Shown one piece after another: positions 50,507 to 59,229 of a stretch of 64,000 nucleotides of DNA. Made by a program: the position numbers and the translations under genes. Positions within the stretch are counted from its first letter, which is position 1. Every line of letters begins with the position of its first letter. The DNA lies in the IMG/VR virus record IMGVR_UViG_3300014203_000001, positions 181,714-245,713 of that record, one strand, 5' to 3'. Origin of the DNA: a virus (taxonomy: Duplodnaviria > Caudoviricetes). The notes under the pieces were generated by a model. It was not told the origin of the DNA, did no database searches, and saw nothing but the letters and a program-made list of their open reading frames with translations.

Positions 50507-52282
50507 ATGAATCAGGCTGAATATATTCATAATTACATTGAGCAAACTTGTGATAAATTCAATCCAGAGTTATTTACAAGATCAGATACGGAGATTATAG
50601 ACGAGTTAAAGAAAATCGTCTTATCTTGCCAAAGAGATGGATTCTTTAAAATCCAAGTAAAAGGATTCCGTGTTGTTGAAGGATATTATGAAGTAAATAG
50701 TATCCTTCAAGAGTATGAAGATTTTCTACTATCTAAAAAATCCTCTAATGCTAGAGGAACAGAAGATAATAGATATAGTCACATAGACTTAAAATCTTCA
50801 GACCTTAAACTTCTTATAGTTACATACTATATTGAAGTTAAGGACGAGCGTGATACAATTGATGTCATAATTGCAGTACCAAGAGTTGTCGATAAATTCT
50901 ATTTTAGAATTAACGGCAGCTACTATTCTGCTATGTATCAAATTGTAGACGCATCGACTTATAATAGCAACACAAGCAAATCCGCTAAACATAGCGTTAC
51001 ACTTAAAACTATCTTTAAACCAATACGAGTATTTAGAAACGTTATTAAGAAGGGTAGTGATAAGAATGGATTAAAAACTACTTCTGGTGAAGAAGTAGAC
51101 GTTACAGCGTATGACAATAACAGTTTCTCTAAATCTGTTCCTGTTGCACTATATATTTTAGCTAAAATGGGATATTATGGAGCTATGGAATTCTTAGGAA
51201 TTTCTAACTCTATTGTCTTATCAAATCATGATCCAGAAATGCCAGAGGTATATTATACTTTCCATCCAAAGAAGAACTCCAATGTGCATATAAATGTACC
51301 TAGAATGTTATATGATGGTAATTTTGTTATCCAACATATAACGGTTGCTATGTGTGATAATATCAAAAAAGATACGGATGTAGAAGAGTTGTATTCTAGA
51401 AGTTATTGGGTATCGGCTTTGGGCGCTAAGTTTAATTTAAACAATAGTTATGATAAAGGTCTAAATATTTTAGATTCACTTGAACATGATTACGATATCG
51501 GAACCAGACAACAGATACATCTTCCTATTGAATATAAGAAAGATATATACTGCGTCCTAAGATGGATGGTTGGCGAGTATAATAATCTGAAACTGAAGGA
51601 TAATCTTAATATCATGACTAAGAAGCTTAGGTGTGCGGAATATCAAGCTTCAATATATGCTAATAAGATTGCTAATAGCATGTATCGTTTATCACACCAA
51701 GGGAATAAATTAAGTCTTAGTTCCATTAGGAAAGTTATCATAACCAATCCAATGTATTTGGTTACTCAGATTACCAGATGTCAATTAGTTAACTTTAGAA
51801 ATATTGTTACTGATATGGATTCACTTCTTGCATTAAAGTTTACATATAAAGGGATAAGCGGTATTGGAGAAAAAGGTGGAAATTCTATCCCTGAGATATA
51901 TAAACATTTGCATGTAAGTAATATGGGTATTCTAGATCCAGATGCGTCTTCACCATCAGATCCAGGTATTAGTGGCAGTATATTACCAATGCTGAAAACA
52001 TATGATGGCGGATATTTCTCTGAATTCGAAGAACCAATAACTGCAGAAGAAGAATACGCTAAACTATATAACTCATATAGGGAAGCTAGAGGTCTAACTG
52101 AGATATTGGAATTTAAGAGAAAAGTATTAGATGACAATACAATATCAGATGAAGAAATTTTGCTATCTAAAGATTGTGCAGATATCACAACTGATCTTAT
52201 GCAATCTACGGTAGCAGCAACTGAAGAAACAGAATTTATAGGACTACCATTAGATGGTAGTGGAAGGATCTACTATGAGTAA
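50507..52282 (+). CDS. Multisubunit RNA polymerase beta subunit, N-terminal half
   Basis: AVPRVVDKFYFRINGSYYSAMYQIVD and HLHVSNMGILDPDASSPSDPGISG (RpoB-like regions). Confidence 0.85.
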   Translation: MNQAEYIHNYIEQTCDKFNPELFTRSDTEIIDELKKIVLSCQRDGFFKIQVKGFRVVEGYYEVNSILQEYEDFLLSKKSSNARGTEDNRYSHIDLKSSDLKLLIVTYYIEVKDERDTIDVIIAVPRVVDKFYFRINGSYYSAMYQIVDASTYNSNTSKSAKHSVTLKTIFKPIRVFRNVIKKGSDKNGLKTTSGEEVDVTAYDNNSFSKSVPVALYILAKMGYYGAMEFLGISNSIVLSNHDPEMPEVYYTFHPKKNSNVHINVPRMLYDGNFVIQHITVAMCDNIKKDTDVEELYSRSYWVSALGAKFNLNNSYDKGLNILDSLEHDYDIGTRQQIHLPIEYKKDIYCVLRWMVGEYNNLKLKDNLNIMTKKLRCAEYQASIYANKIANSMYRLSHQGNKLSLSSIRKVIITNPMYLVTQITRCQLVNFRNIVTDMDSLLALKFTYKGISGIGEKGGNSIPEIYKHLHVSNMGILDPDASSPSDPGISGSILPMLKTYDGGYFSEFEEPITAEEEYAKLYNSYREARGLTEILEFKRKVLDDNTISDEEILLSKDCADITTDLMQSTVAATEETEFIGLPLDGSGRIYYE

Positions 52283-52514
52283 TATTATTTATGATCGCTG
52301 CTTTATATATTCCAGAGAACAACAGGAGACCAAGACTAATATAGAAACTTCAGCTGGAAGAAGTAAGCCTAAGTTCGGAAGTGTTATTGTCAAAGGAGTT
52401 CCTAAAATCTACACTGACATTATTACTTCTATGGATAAAGCTAGATATTCTGATTCTATCTTGATTATCAAGGGAGATATCAGAACTATTAAGTTTACAG
52501 AACCATCGAGCTAA
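52275..52514 (+). CDS. Small hypothetical protein
   Basis: 79 aa, overlaps the RNAP stop, followed by a hairpin. Confidence 0.6.
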   Translation: MSNIIYDRCFIYSREQQETKTNIETSAGRSKPKFGSVIVKGVPKIYTDIITSMDKARYSDSILIIKGDIRTIKFTEPSS

Positions 52515-52521
52515 TTTATAT

Positions 52522-52556
52522 GCCCCTATGAGAATTCTCATAGGGGTTATTATTTT
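52522..52556 (+). terminator. Intrinsic terminator
   Basis: CCCCTATGAG-aatt-CTCATAGGGG followed by T-rich tract. Confidence 0.75.
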
Positions 52557-52578
52557 TATAAGGAGGAATAAATAATAA

Positions 52579-52875
52579 ATGACAGAACTTTTACAAATAG
52601 CAGAAAGGAATAAGTTTGGTATTTGCCCTAGATGCCATAGTAAACTCTTTCTTTTAAATTCAACGTATCAGCTATATGCCATGTCAGAGAATGGATGGAT
52701 ATCTAGTGAGATAGATAAACATGTAGTCTCTAAAGCTGTATGTAAACAATGTGGATTTAGTATGGATATGAAAGTTACTATCAACGGGCTTGTCCCGATT
52801 GATTTTGTGGGAGAGCCTACAAAAACAGAAGTATTAAAATCTAATCCTATAGGAGAGGTGGAAAAAGATGTTTGA
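52579..52875 (+). CDS. Zinc-ribbon protein with N-terminal LLQIAER motif
   Basis: CPRC...CKQCG; AGGAGG RBS. Confidence 0.72.
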   Translation: MTELLQIAERNKFGICPRCHSKLFLLNSTYQLYAMSENGWISSEIDKHVVSKAVCKQCGFSMDMKVTINGLVPIDFVGEPTKTEVLKSNPIGEVEKDV

Positions 52876-53398
52876 TTATTTGAAGTTTACTAAACTAATA
52901 TCAACAATGTGTGATGAAAAAAGAATAAAGCTTGCTACTAGAGCAAGATTACCAGCTGAAGTATTGGGATATTTATTAGATAATGGGGTTAAGGTAGAGG
53001 GAGCTATTAATTTCCATGAAGATGAGAATTGCCATATTCTTATTATCTATGGAAAAACTGAGTATGCTTTACTTACAGATATTATAGACAATAGATATAC
53101 GTTTTGTATATTTGCTGATACTATACTATCTAATGATAATAAGTTTATGAAAATATTAGATATGACATTCGATTCGGTAATGACAATAATGTCATATATG
53201 TATCCAAATCCTCAATACACGCCAAAGCCATATATTAAAGATACACATAAAGAATTCTTCGAAGCTAAGATCAAAGATATATGTGTATGTAGTATATGGG
53301 CGGTATTCGGGGATAGTTTTATAGAGGAATATAAAACTGTATTCCCAGAAGATACTGAAATTACTAAGGTTATAAAAGTATTTGAAGATTCTATATAA
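52868..53398 (+). CDS. Hypothetical protein
   Basis: 176 aa, GAGGTGG RBS. Confidence 0.6.
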   Translation: MFDYLKFTKLISTMCDEKRIKLATRARLPAEVLGYLLDNGVKVEGAINFHEDENCHILIIYGKTEYALLTDIIDNRYTFCIFADTILSNDNKFMKILDMTFDSVMTIMSYMYPNPQYTPKPYIKDTHKEFFEAKIKDICVCSIWAVFGDSFIEEYKTVFPEDTEITKVIKVFEDSI

Positions 53399-53442
53399 TA
53401 ATATAAGGATGCACCTTTGTGCATCCTTTTTATTTTTTCGAT

Positions 53443-53461
53443 TATATATTATATTTATGAA
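53443..53461 (+). promoter_or_regulatory. Early-type phage promoter motif (histidine kinase)
   Basis: TATATATTATATTTATGAA. Confidence 0.68.
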
Positions 53462-53486
53462 GTATATAATAGAAAGGAGATAAAAT

Positions 53487-54161
53487 ATGAGTATAGCAAT
53501 TGAAAGAAAAGAACTACGTAGGCTAAATGGTTTGAATATAGTGGGGGAAATGGCTGCTGGGATGGCACATGAAATTCGAAATCCTATGACTACAGTACGA
53601 GGATATGTCCAGTATATAAGTGCAAAAGACACTAAGTATACACAGCAATTTGAGATTATGTTAGAAGAGCTAGATAGAGTTAATCTAATTATAACAGAGT
53701 TCTTAACTTTAGCTAGAGATAAAAAGGTTGAATTGAAGCGTTGCGATCTCAATAATATGGTACACAATATATATCCTCTTATCAATTCAGATGCGATATT
53801 ACATAATAAAATAGCGTCTATAGATTTGCATACAATACCAGAGATACTAATAGATGAGAAAGAAATACGTCAGCTAATATTAAACTTAACGCGTAATGGT
53901 CTAGAAGCTATGGATGAAAAGAAAACCTTAACTATAGCTACGTTTACAGATAAAGATTCTACTGTTCTTGCTATAAGAGATGAAGGACATGGAATAGATC
54001 CAGAAGTGCTTAAGAATATAGGCACTCCTTTTGTTACAACTAAATCTAACGGAACAGGTTTGGGTTTAGCTATATGCTACAGTATTGCTAATAGAAATCA
54101 TGCAGAAATAACAATAGATACGAATACTAATGGGACTACATTTTATGTAGCTTTTAAATAA
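53487..54161 (+). CDS. Sensor-less histidine kinase (HisKA + HATPase_c), sporulation-kinase-like
   Basis: AHEIRNP H-box, NLTRNGLEAM N-box, DEGHGI G1, PFVTTK F-box, GTGLGL G2; only about 12 residues precede the DHp domain. Confidence 0.93.
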   Translation: MSIAIERKELRRLNGLNIVGEMAAGMAHEIRNPMTTVRGYVQYISAKDTKYTQQFEIMLEELDRVNLIITEFLTLARDKKVELKRCDLNNMVHNIYPLINSDAILHNKIASIDLHTIPEILIDEKEIRQLILNLTRNGLEAMDEKKTLTIATFTDKDSTVLAIRDEGHGIDPEVLKNIGTPFVTTKSNGTGLGLAICYSIANRNHAEITIDTNTNGTTFYVAFK

Positions 54162-54209
54162 AAGAGGATTGTTCCTCTTTTATTTTTTATAATCATTCTT
54201 CTTTTCAAT

Positions 54210-54228
54210 TATATATTATATAGATGAG
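54210..54228 (+). promoter_or_regulatory. Early-type phage promoter motif
   Basis: TATATATTATATAGATGAG. Confidence 0.75.
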
Positions 54229-54273
54229 CAATAAAGTATTGCATCATAAATTATACTAAGGAGAGATGTAAAA

Positions 54274-54858
54274 ATGAAAAATGCCGAAGTGGATGATTTT
54301 AGTTATTTAGATGATCAAGCAATGAAAAATAAAACTTCCTTACCAACTCCAATGGAAGAGGCTAGAAACAATCCTGATTCCTTTGATTGGAATTACAGAT
54401 ACAATTATAGGGTTTTTACAGAAGATTTTATTCGTGAGTTTAAAGATAGAGTAAACTGGGATTATGTTAATTGGTGTAACGCATCAGAATCTTTTGCAAG
54501 AGAATTCCTTGAGCATATTGATTGGACTGATCTTACTAGCTATAGTAACTTATCAGAAGATTTTATTCGTGAGTTTAAAGATAATATTGAATGGGATATT
54601 GTGTCTGAACGTCAGACTTTATCTGAATCGTTTATTAGAGAATTTCAAGATGAAGTAGATTGGATACATATTTCTATGTATCAGAAACTATCAGAAGATT
54701 TTATTCGTGAATTTAAAGATAGAGTAAACTGGGTTGGTATAGTTAGCCACCAAAACGTTTCAACTTCATTTGTTAATGAATTTGATATTGATTGGGAGGC
54801 TCAACGAAAAGCTATAGATGATCATCAGGAGGCATTAGAAGAAAAATACGGGTGGTAA
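54274..54858 (+). CDS. Tryptophan-repeat protein
   Basis: About six 22-aa repeats of type LSEDFIREFKDRVNW. Confidence 0.8.
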   Translation: MKNAEVDDFSYLDDQAMKNKTSLPTPMEEARNNPDSFDWNYRYNYRVFTEDFIREFKDRVNWDYVNWCNASESFAREFLEHIDWTDLTSYSNLSEDFIREFKDNIEWDIVSERQTLSESFIREFQDEVDWIHISMYQKLSEDFIREFKDRVNWVGIVSHQNVSTSFVNEFDIDWEAQRKAIDDHQEALEEKYGW

Positions 54859-54939
54859 ATATAAAGGTACTCGTATGAGTACCTTTTTTCTTTTTTATAT
54901 CGTTATCAACTCTTATATAACACGATGAGGAGGGATAAT

Positions 54940-57606
54940 ATGAGATTATACTCAATGACTTTATATAATTACATAGCGATATATAACGGACTAGGATTAT
55001 ATACAATTTCTATAGATTTTACTAAATGTGTAAGTGATATACTTGTCTTAAAAGGAGATAACGGCTCTGGTAAGACCACCCTATCAAATGCAATGTCTCC
55101 TACGAATGAACCAAACTCCGATTATATTCCTGGATTGGAGGGTGGTAAAGATATATCATATATTCTAGATGACGGGTCTATACTCTTTATAAAATATAGA
55201 TCTCTTGTAGATGATAAAGGAGAAAGAGGTAAGACCACTTGCTATGTACAGAAGCTTTTACCCGATGGTAATCTATTAGAATTAAATCCAGGTGGAAATG
55301 TTACTGAGGGGAAAGATATTATATTTGATGCTCTTGGATTGGATTCTGGATTTGTAATCTTATCGCAATTATCCTCTGGTAATAGAGGATTGGTGGATAA
55401 GAAACCTGCCGATAGAAAGAAGTTTATAAATTCTATTATAGATTCCCTAGAGGCGTACAATGAAATATATAAGATGCTTGGTAAAAAATCTACTACCCTA
55501 AAAGCTATGGTAAATTCTATAAGTGCTAAGATAAATAACCTAGGTAATATAGAACAGATACAGAATAATATTAAAACTTTAGAGAATACTCTAGGGGATA
55601 TGGAAGATAGAAAAGTTCTTCTCATTGCCAATATATCTACATCTAAAGAAAAGCTTTCTAATATAAGTAACGATGGCAATATCATCGATACATACAATGG
55701 TCTTTTGCAAGAACTATCTAATCTAAATGCAGTACTATCTGCTTCTAGCAAGATTATAGAAAGTACTCTAACTGAGAAAGATCTAGCTAAATATGAGAAA
55801 GACCTATATGTATTAGAGAGCAAGAAACAAGCATTGGAGGAAAAGTTAAATTATCTAAATAAACAGTCTAGAGATATAGCGGTTGATATAGAGAGTAAGA
55901 AGATTAAGTTAAGTACTATGGGAGATATAGAGTTATATAACTCTATAAAGAATAGAATAGCTGAGATACAATACTCTATAGACAGAGCTATCAAAATATT
56001 TAAGTCTATCGGATTTGAAAGTTATGATGTAGTATCAGAAGATGAATATAACTACTCTCTATATACTATAGATAAGATAAATATGATGATGTGCAATATC
56101 ACAGAGAACTATTCATACTCCATGATAGAATCTGCATTTAAACATCTATTCACGTATCAAAGGAAGTATACCAATGAAACACTACAATCCTTAATAGACA
56201 GTAAAGATGAAGCCAATCGTCTTCTGGCAGGGCAAGAGGTGTTAAGACAGAATTGTAAAGACTTCGATTCTATACCATCAGATTGTACTCATACGAAAGA
56301 TTGTCCATTCATAACTTCTATAGTTAGCGCTAAGTCTAATATGATATCAGATAAGGAATATAATGACATACTAGACTTAGTTAGTGGATTAGATAAAGAT
56401 ATAAAACAATTACGTATAAATATAGAAAGGGAAGATAAGCTTGTAGAATGTATTACACTTATAAAGCAAACCCTTTCGATCTTATCAGAATCTTATTCTA
56501 TTCTATCTAAGTTCCCTAATATGAAAGATATGAATGAAGAGGTTGTTAAGAAAATTCTTCTAACTAGTGGAAGTATAGACTTGGATACTAAATTATACAT
56601 GGAGTATAGTAATCTTATAGGTATGATTAAGTCTAATAATACTGATCTGAAATCTCTAAAAGAACAACTATCTTCTATAGAAGCCAATAAGAACACTATA
56701 GATATTCTAACAGAGGATATTGAAAAGCTAACTGCTTCGTATAATAATCTCACTACACAGAAAGATAAATATATAGGTGAGGTGTTTGTATACTCTAGCA
56801 ATATCATAGTTATGAATAAAACAATAGAAGATACCAAGTATATTCTACAAGAGAAAGAAAATATTCAGTTTAGATTAGATAGAAAGAAAGAGATAGAGTT
56901 AGAACTTCCTAAACTAAATAGTGCTTATTTAGAAGCTCAGCGACTTAACGAATCTATCAATATAGATATGGTAGAACTAACTGAACTGAATACTAATTCG
57001 ATCCCTAATGTGAATGAAGAGATAAGCAAGAACAAGTATAGATTAGTATTACATGAAGATTATACTAAAGAGTATAATGAGTATTGTTCTATCTATGATA
57101 AAGTTGAAGTTATAAAATACTATAGCTCTCCTACTACTGGTATCCAGACTATTATCATGGAATCTTTTATGAATGATATTCTTACAAATGCTAATAAACT
57201 TCTTTCTATGTTCTTTAATGGGGAATATGTATTACATCCATTCGTTATAAACGAAAAGGAATTTAAGATACCATGTTTAGGACAAGGCATAAAGAATGAC
57301 GATGTATCATCTATGTCTACTAGTCAAGTATGTATGATATCGATGATATTAAGCTTTGTTCTATTAAGAAAAGTATCAGATAAGTTTGGTATAATAAAGC
57401 TAGATGAGATAGACGGTGGTCTAGATACAAGAAATAGACTACAGTTTATAATAGCATTAAGAAAGCTAATGGGATTATTAAATTATTCTCAATGCGTATT
57501 AGTATCTCACAATACAGAACTTGGTATGTACGATGCAGATATTATTGTATTGAAGAATAGTGATCCTAATCTAAAACTAGATGGTAATGTAATATATCAA
57601 TATTAA
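54940..57606 (+). CDS. sbcC: SbcC/Rad50-like ATPase
   Basis: GDNGSGKT, long coiled coil with central C..CPF hook, MSTSQ signature, LDEIDGGLD, VSH. Confidence 0.9.
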   Translation: MRLYSMTLYNYIAIYNGLGLYTISIDFTKCVSDILVLKGDNGSGKTTLSNAMSPTNEPNSDYIPGLEGGKDISYILDDGSILFIKYRSLVDDKGERGKTTCYVQKLLPDGNLLELNPGGNVTEGKDIIFDALGLDSGFVILSQLSSGNRGLVDKKPADRKKFINSIIDSLEAYNEIYKMLGKKSTTLKAMVNSISAKINNLGNIEQIQNNIKTLENTLGDMEDRKVLLIANISTSKEKLSNISNDGNIIDTYNGLLQELSNLNAVLSASSKIIESTLTEKDLAKYEKDLYVLESKKQALEEKLNYLNKQSRDIAVDIESKKIKLSTMGDIELYNSIKNRIAEIQYSIDRAIKIFKSIGFESYDVVSEDEYNYSLYTIDKINMMMCNITENYSYSMIESAFKHLFTYQRKYTNETLQSLIDSKDEANRLLAGQEVLRQNCKDFDSIPSDCTHTKDCPFITSIVSAKSNMISDKEYNDILDLVSGLDKDIKQLRINIEREDKLVECITLIKQTLSILSESYSILSKFPNMKDMNEEVVKKILLTSGSIDLDTKLYMEYSNLIGMIKSNNTDLKSLKEQLSSIEANKNTIDILTEDIEKLTASYNNLTTQKDKYIGEVFVYSSNIIVMNKTIEDTKYILQEKENIQFRLDRKKEIELELPKLNSAYLEAQRLNESINIDMVELTELNTNSIPNVNEEISKNKYRLVLHEDYTKEYNEYCSIYDKVEVIKYYSSPTTGIQTIIMESFMNDILTNANKLLSMFFNGEYVLHPFVINEKEFKIPCLGQGIKNDDVSSMSTSQVCMISMILSFVLLRKVSDKFGIIKLDEIDGGLDTRNRLQFIIALRKLMGLLNYSQCVLVSHNTELGMYDADIIVLKNSDPNLKLDGNVIYQY

Positions 57607-57615
57607 GCAGAATAT

Positions 57616-57641
57616 AGAGGTATAGCAATTGCTATACCTCT
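57616..57641. terminator. Bidirectional terminator between convergent genes
   Basis: AGAGGTATAGC-aatt-GCTATACCTCT. Confidence 0.75.
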
Positions 57642-57645
57642 TATT

Positions 57646-58617
57646 TTAATATTCATCCATTGCTCTATTACCTACTAAGATCATTGGGAAGTCCATATTA
57701 GCTTGAGCATTTCTAGCAACTCCAGCTCTAATATCTGGTCGCATATCTTTTAATAGAAAATCTGCTGGTCTTGGAACATTGGGAATAGATTGACCCGTTG
57801 TCATATCCATTACATCGAACCATTTATCTTGAGTCTCTTGATTATAGATTACGACTGGTTTGATATGTGGATTATTTTCTAATACCATAGCATTCTGCTC
57901 TGGCGTCATATTTTGCAGATAGCTATTATATCCAGCGTCTCCACTCATCATTCTTACTTCGCTATCCACATCAACTCCAACCATACCCATATTTCCCATA
58001 GGACTATTAATCTGCATAGGAGTTACATTACCAAATGGCATTCCTTGTACTGCACCAACTGGTATATTGATCATTGCATTATACATATCTGCAATTTTCT
58101 TATCATCATCTTCTGTTTCGTTAAGTTTCAATTCTTTAACACGTTTCATATCTAAGTCATGGCATTTACCAATAACACTATTCATCTCTCTAATAGCAGA
58201 GATTTTATTACCCATAAGACCAGTAGCAGTACCAGCCATTATTCCAATATAATCATATTTCTTTTTTAACGTTTTGCTAGCACGAATTGCTGCTAGATCT
58301 GCTTGGATTTGAGAACTCAACATATCTATCTGACCAATAGATCCTAATAACATAGCATTAGTTTGATCATAGGTTTCTTTATATGTAATATTACCATTAA
58401 GAGGTGATACTTCTTCTTTCTCTGCAGCTACATATTCTCCTGGGCTATCGGTATTCTTTTTTGCTGGAGGGCGACCTCTTCGTTTAGGTTCTGGATGTGG
58501 AGAAGGTTCTGCATCTGCAGCCCTATTAAGAAATTTATTACCGCTAAATCCAAATTTCTTATCTTTAGATTCAGTTGGGATGGGAACTCTAGTTGCTATC
58601 TCTAATAATTCAGCCAT
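57646..58617 (-). CDS. Hypothetical protein with N-terminal LLEIATRVP motif and AT-hook
   Basis: PKRRGRPP AT-hook; AACA-N6-TA motif at 58643-58654. Confidence 0.72.
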   Translation of the reverse strand: MAELLEIATRVPIPTESKDKKFGFSGNKFLNRAADAEPSPHPEPKRRGRPPAKKNTDSPGEYVAAEKEEVSPLNGNITYKETYDQTNAMLLGSIGQIDMLSSQIQADLAAIRASKTLKKKYDYIGIMAGTATGLMGNKISAIREMNSVIGKCHDLDMKRVKELKLNETEDDDKKIADMYNAMINIPVGAVQGMPFGNVTPMQINSPMGNMGMVGVDVDSEVRMMSGDAGYNSYLQNMTPEQNAMVLENNPHIKPVVIYNQETQDKWFDVMDMTTGQSIPNVPRPADFLLKDMRPDIRAGVARNAQANMDFPMILVGNRAMDEY

Positions 58618-58642
58618 ATTATTACCTACCTTCGTTTATTTT

Positions 58643-58692
58643 TACTTAGGTGTTCCTAGATTAAATTATAATAGCCCATATACAGTATAATA
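58643..58692. promoter_or_regulatory. Divergent pair of late-type promoter motifs
   Basis: AACAcctaagTA (minus, 58643-58654) and TACAgtataaTA (plus, 58681-58692). Confidence 0.58.
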
Positions 58693-58720
58693 AATCTAAA
58701 ATATAGGAGGAAATTTTATA

Positions 58721-59110
58721 ATGCTTATTAATGGAAGAGACACAGACTTAGACAACACGGTGGTATTAGAACATTCGCTTTTAACGACCAATCATACTAA
58801 AGTGGTGCATGAAGAAAATCCATTATTTGGTGATCCTCATCATTTCAAAGTAGTATCGGTAGAAACTGGTCGAGTATGCTCTACTGTAGATTTTCAAGAA
58901 GGTCCAGTTAAAGAAAATGGTGTCAATGGAGTTATGAATGAAGATCTACTAGTAATGGTATTAACTCGTTTAAACGGATTCCAAAATACTAAATTTGCAT
59001 GTAAAGAAAATGCAGATGCTATTACTCATATCGAAGATGCTTTAAAAGTTCTGAGAGAACGTACAAATAAACGCGTTGCTCGTAATGTAGAAGGAACATC
59101 ACAAGTATAA
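58721..59110 (+). CDS. Tad1/Acb2-family cyclic-nucleotide sponge (anti-Thoeris/anti-CBASS)
   Basis: FQEGP...GV.NEDLL...RL..FQ...F..KENA.AITHIE.AL...R...R..RNVEGT matches the Tad1 pattern. Confidence 0.82.
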   Translation: MLINGRDTDLDNTVVLEHSLLTTNHTKVVHEENPLFGDPHHFKVVSVETGRVCSTVDFQEGPVKENGVNGVMNEDLLVMVLTRLNGFQNTKFACKENADAITHIEDALKVLRERTNKRVARNVEGTSQV

Positions 59111-59229
59111 TTACATATGACCTAGCTTTAATTAGCTAGGTCTATTTCTGTGTCTTATACATTTTAAATCCGTCTCGGACATCTATATAAAGTTGTTATT
59201 GGCTCTTATAAGGGCTAATTAGGAGGTAT

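Noticed and set aside
54075-54100. IANR in the histidine kinase as a tag copy
   Set aside because: It is part of the conserved helix after the G2 box.
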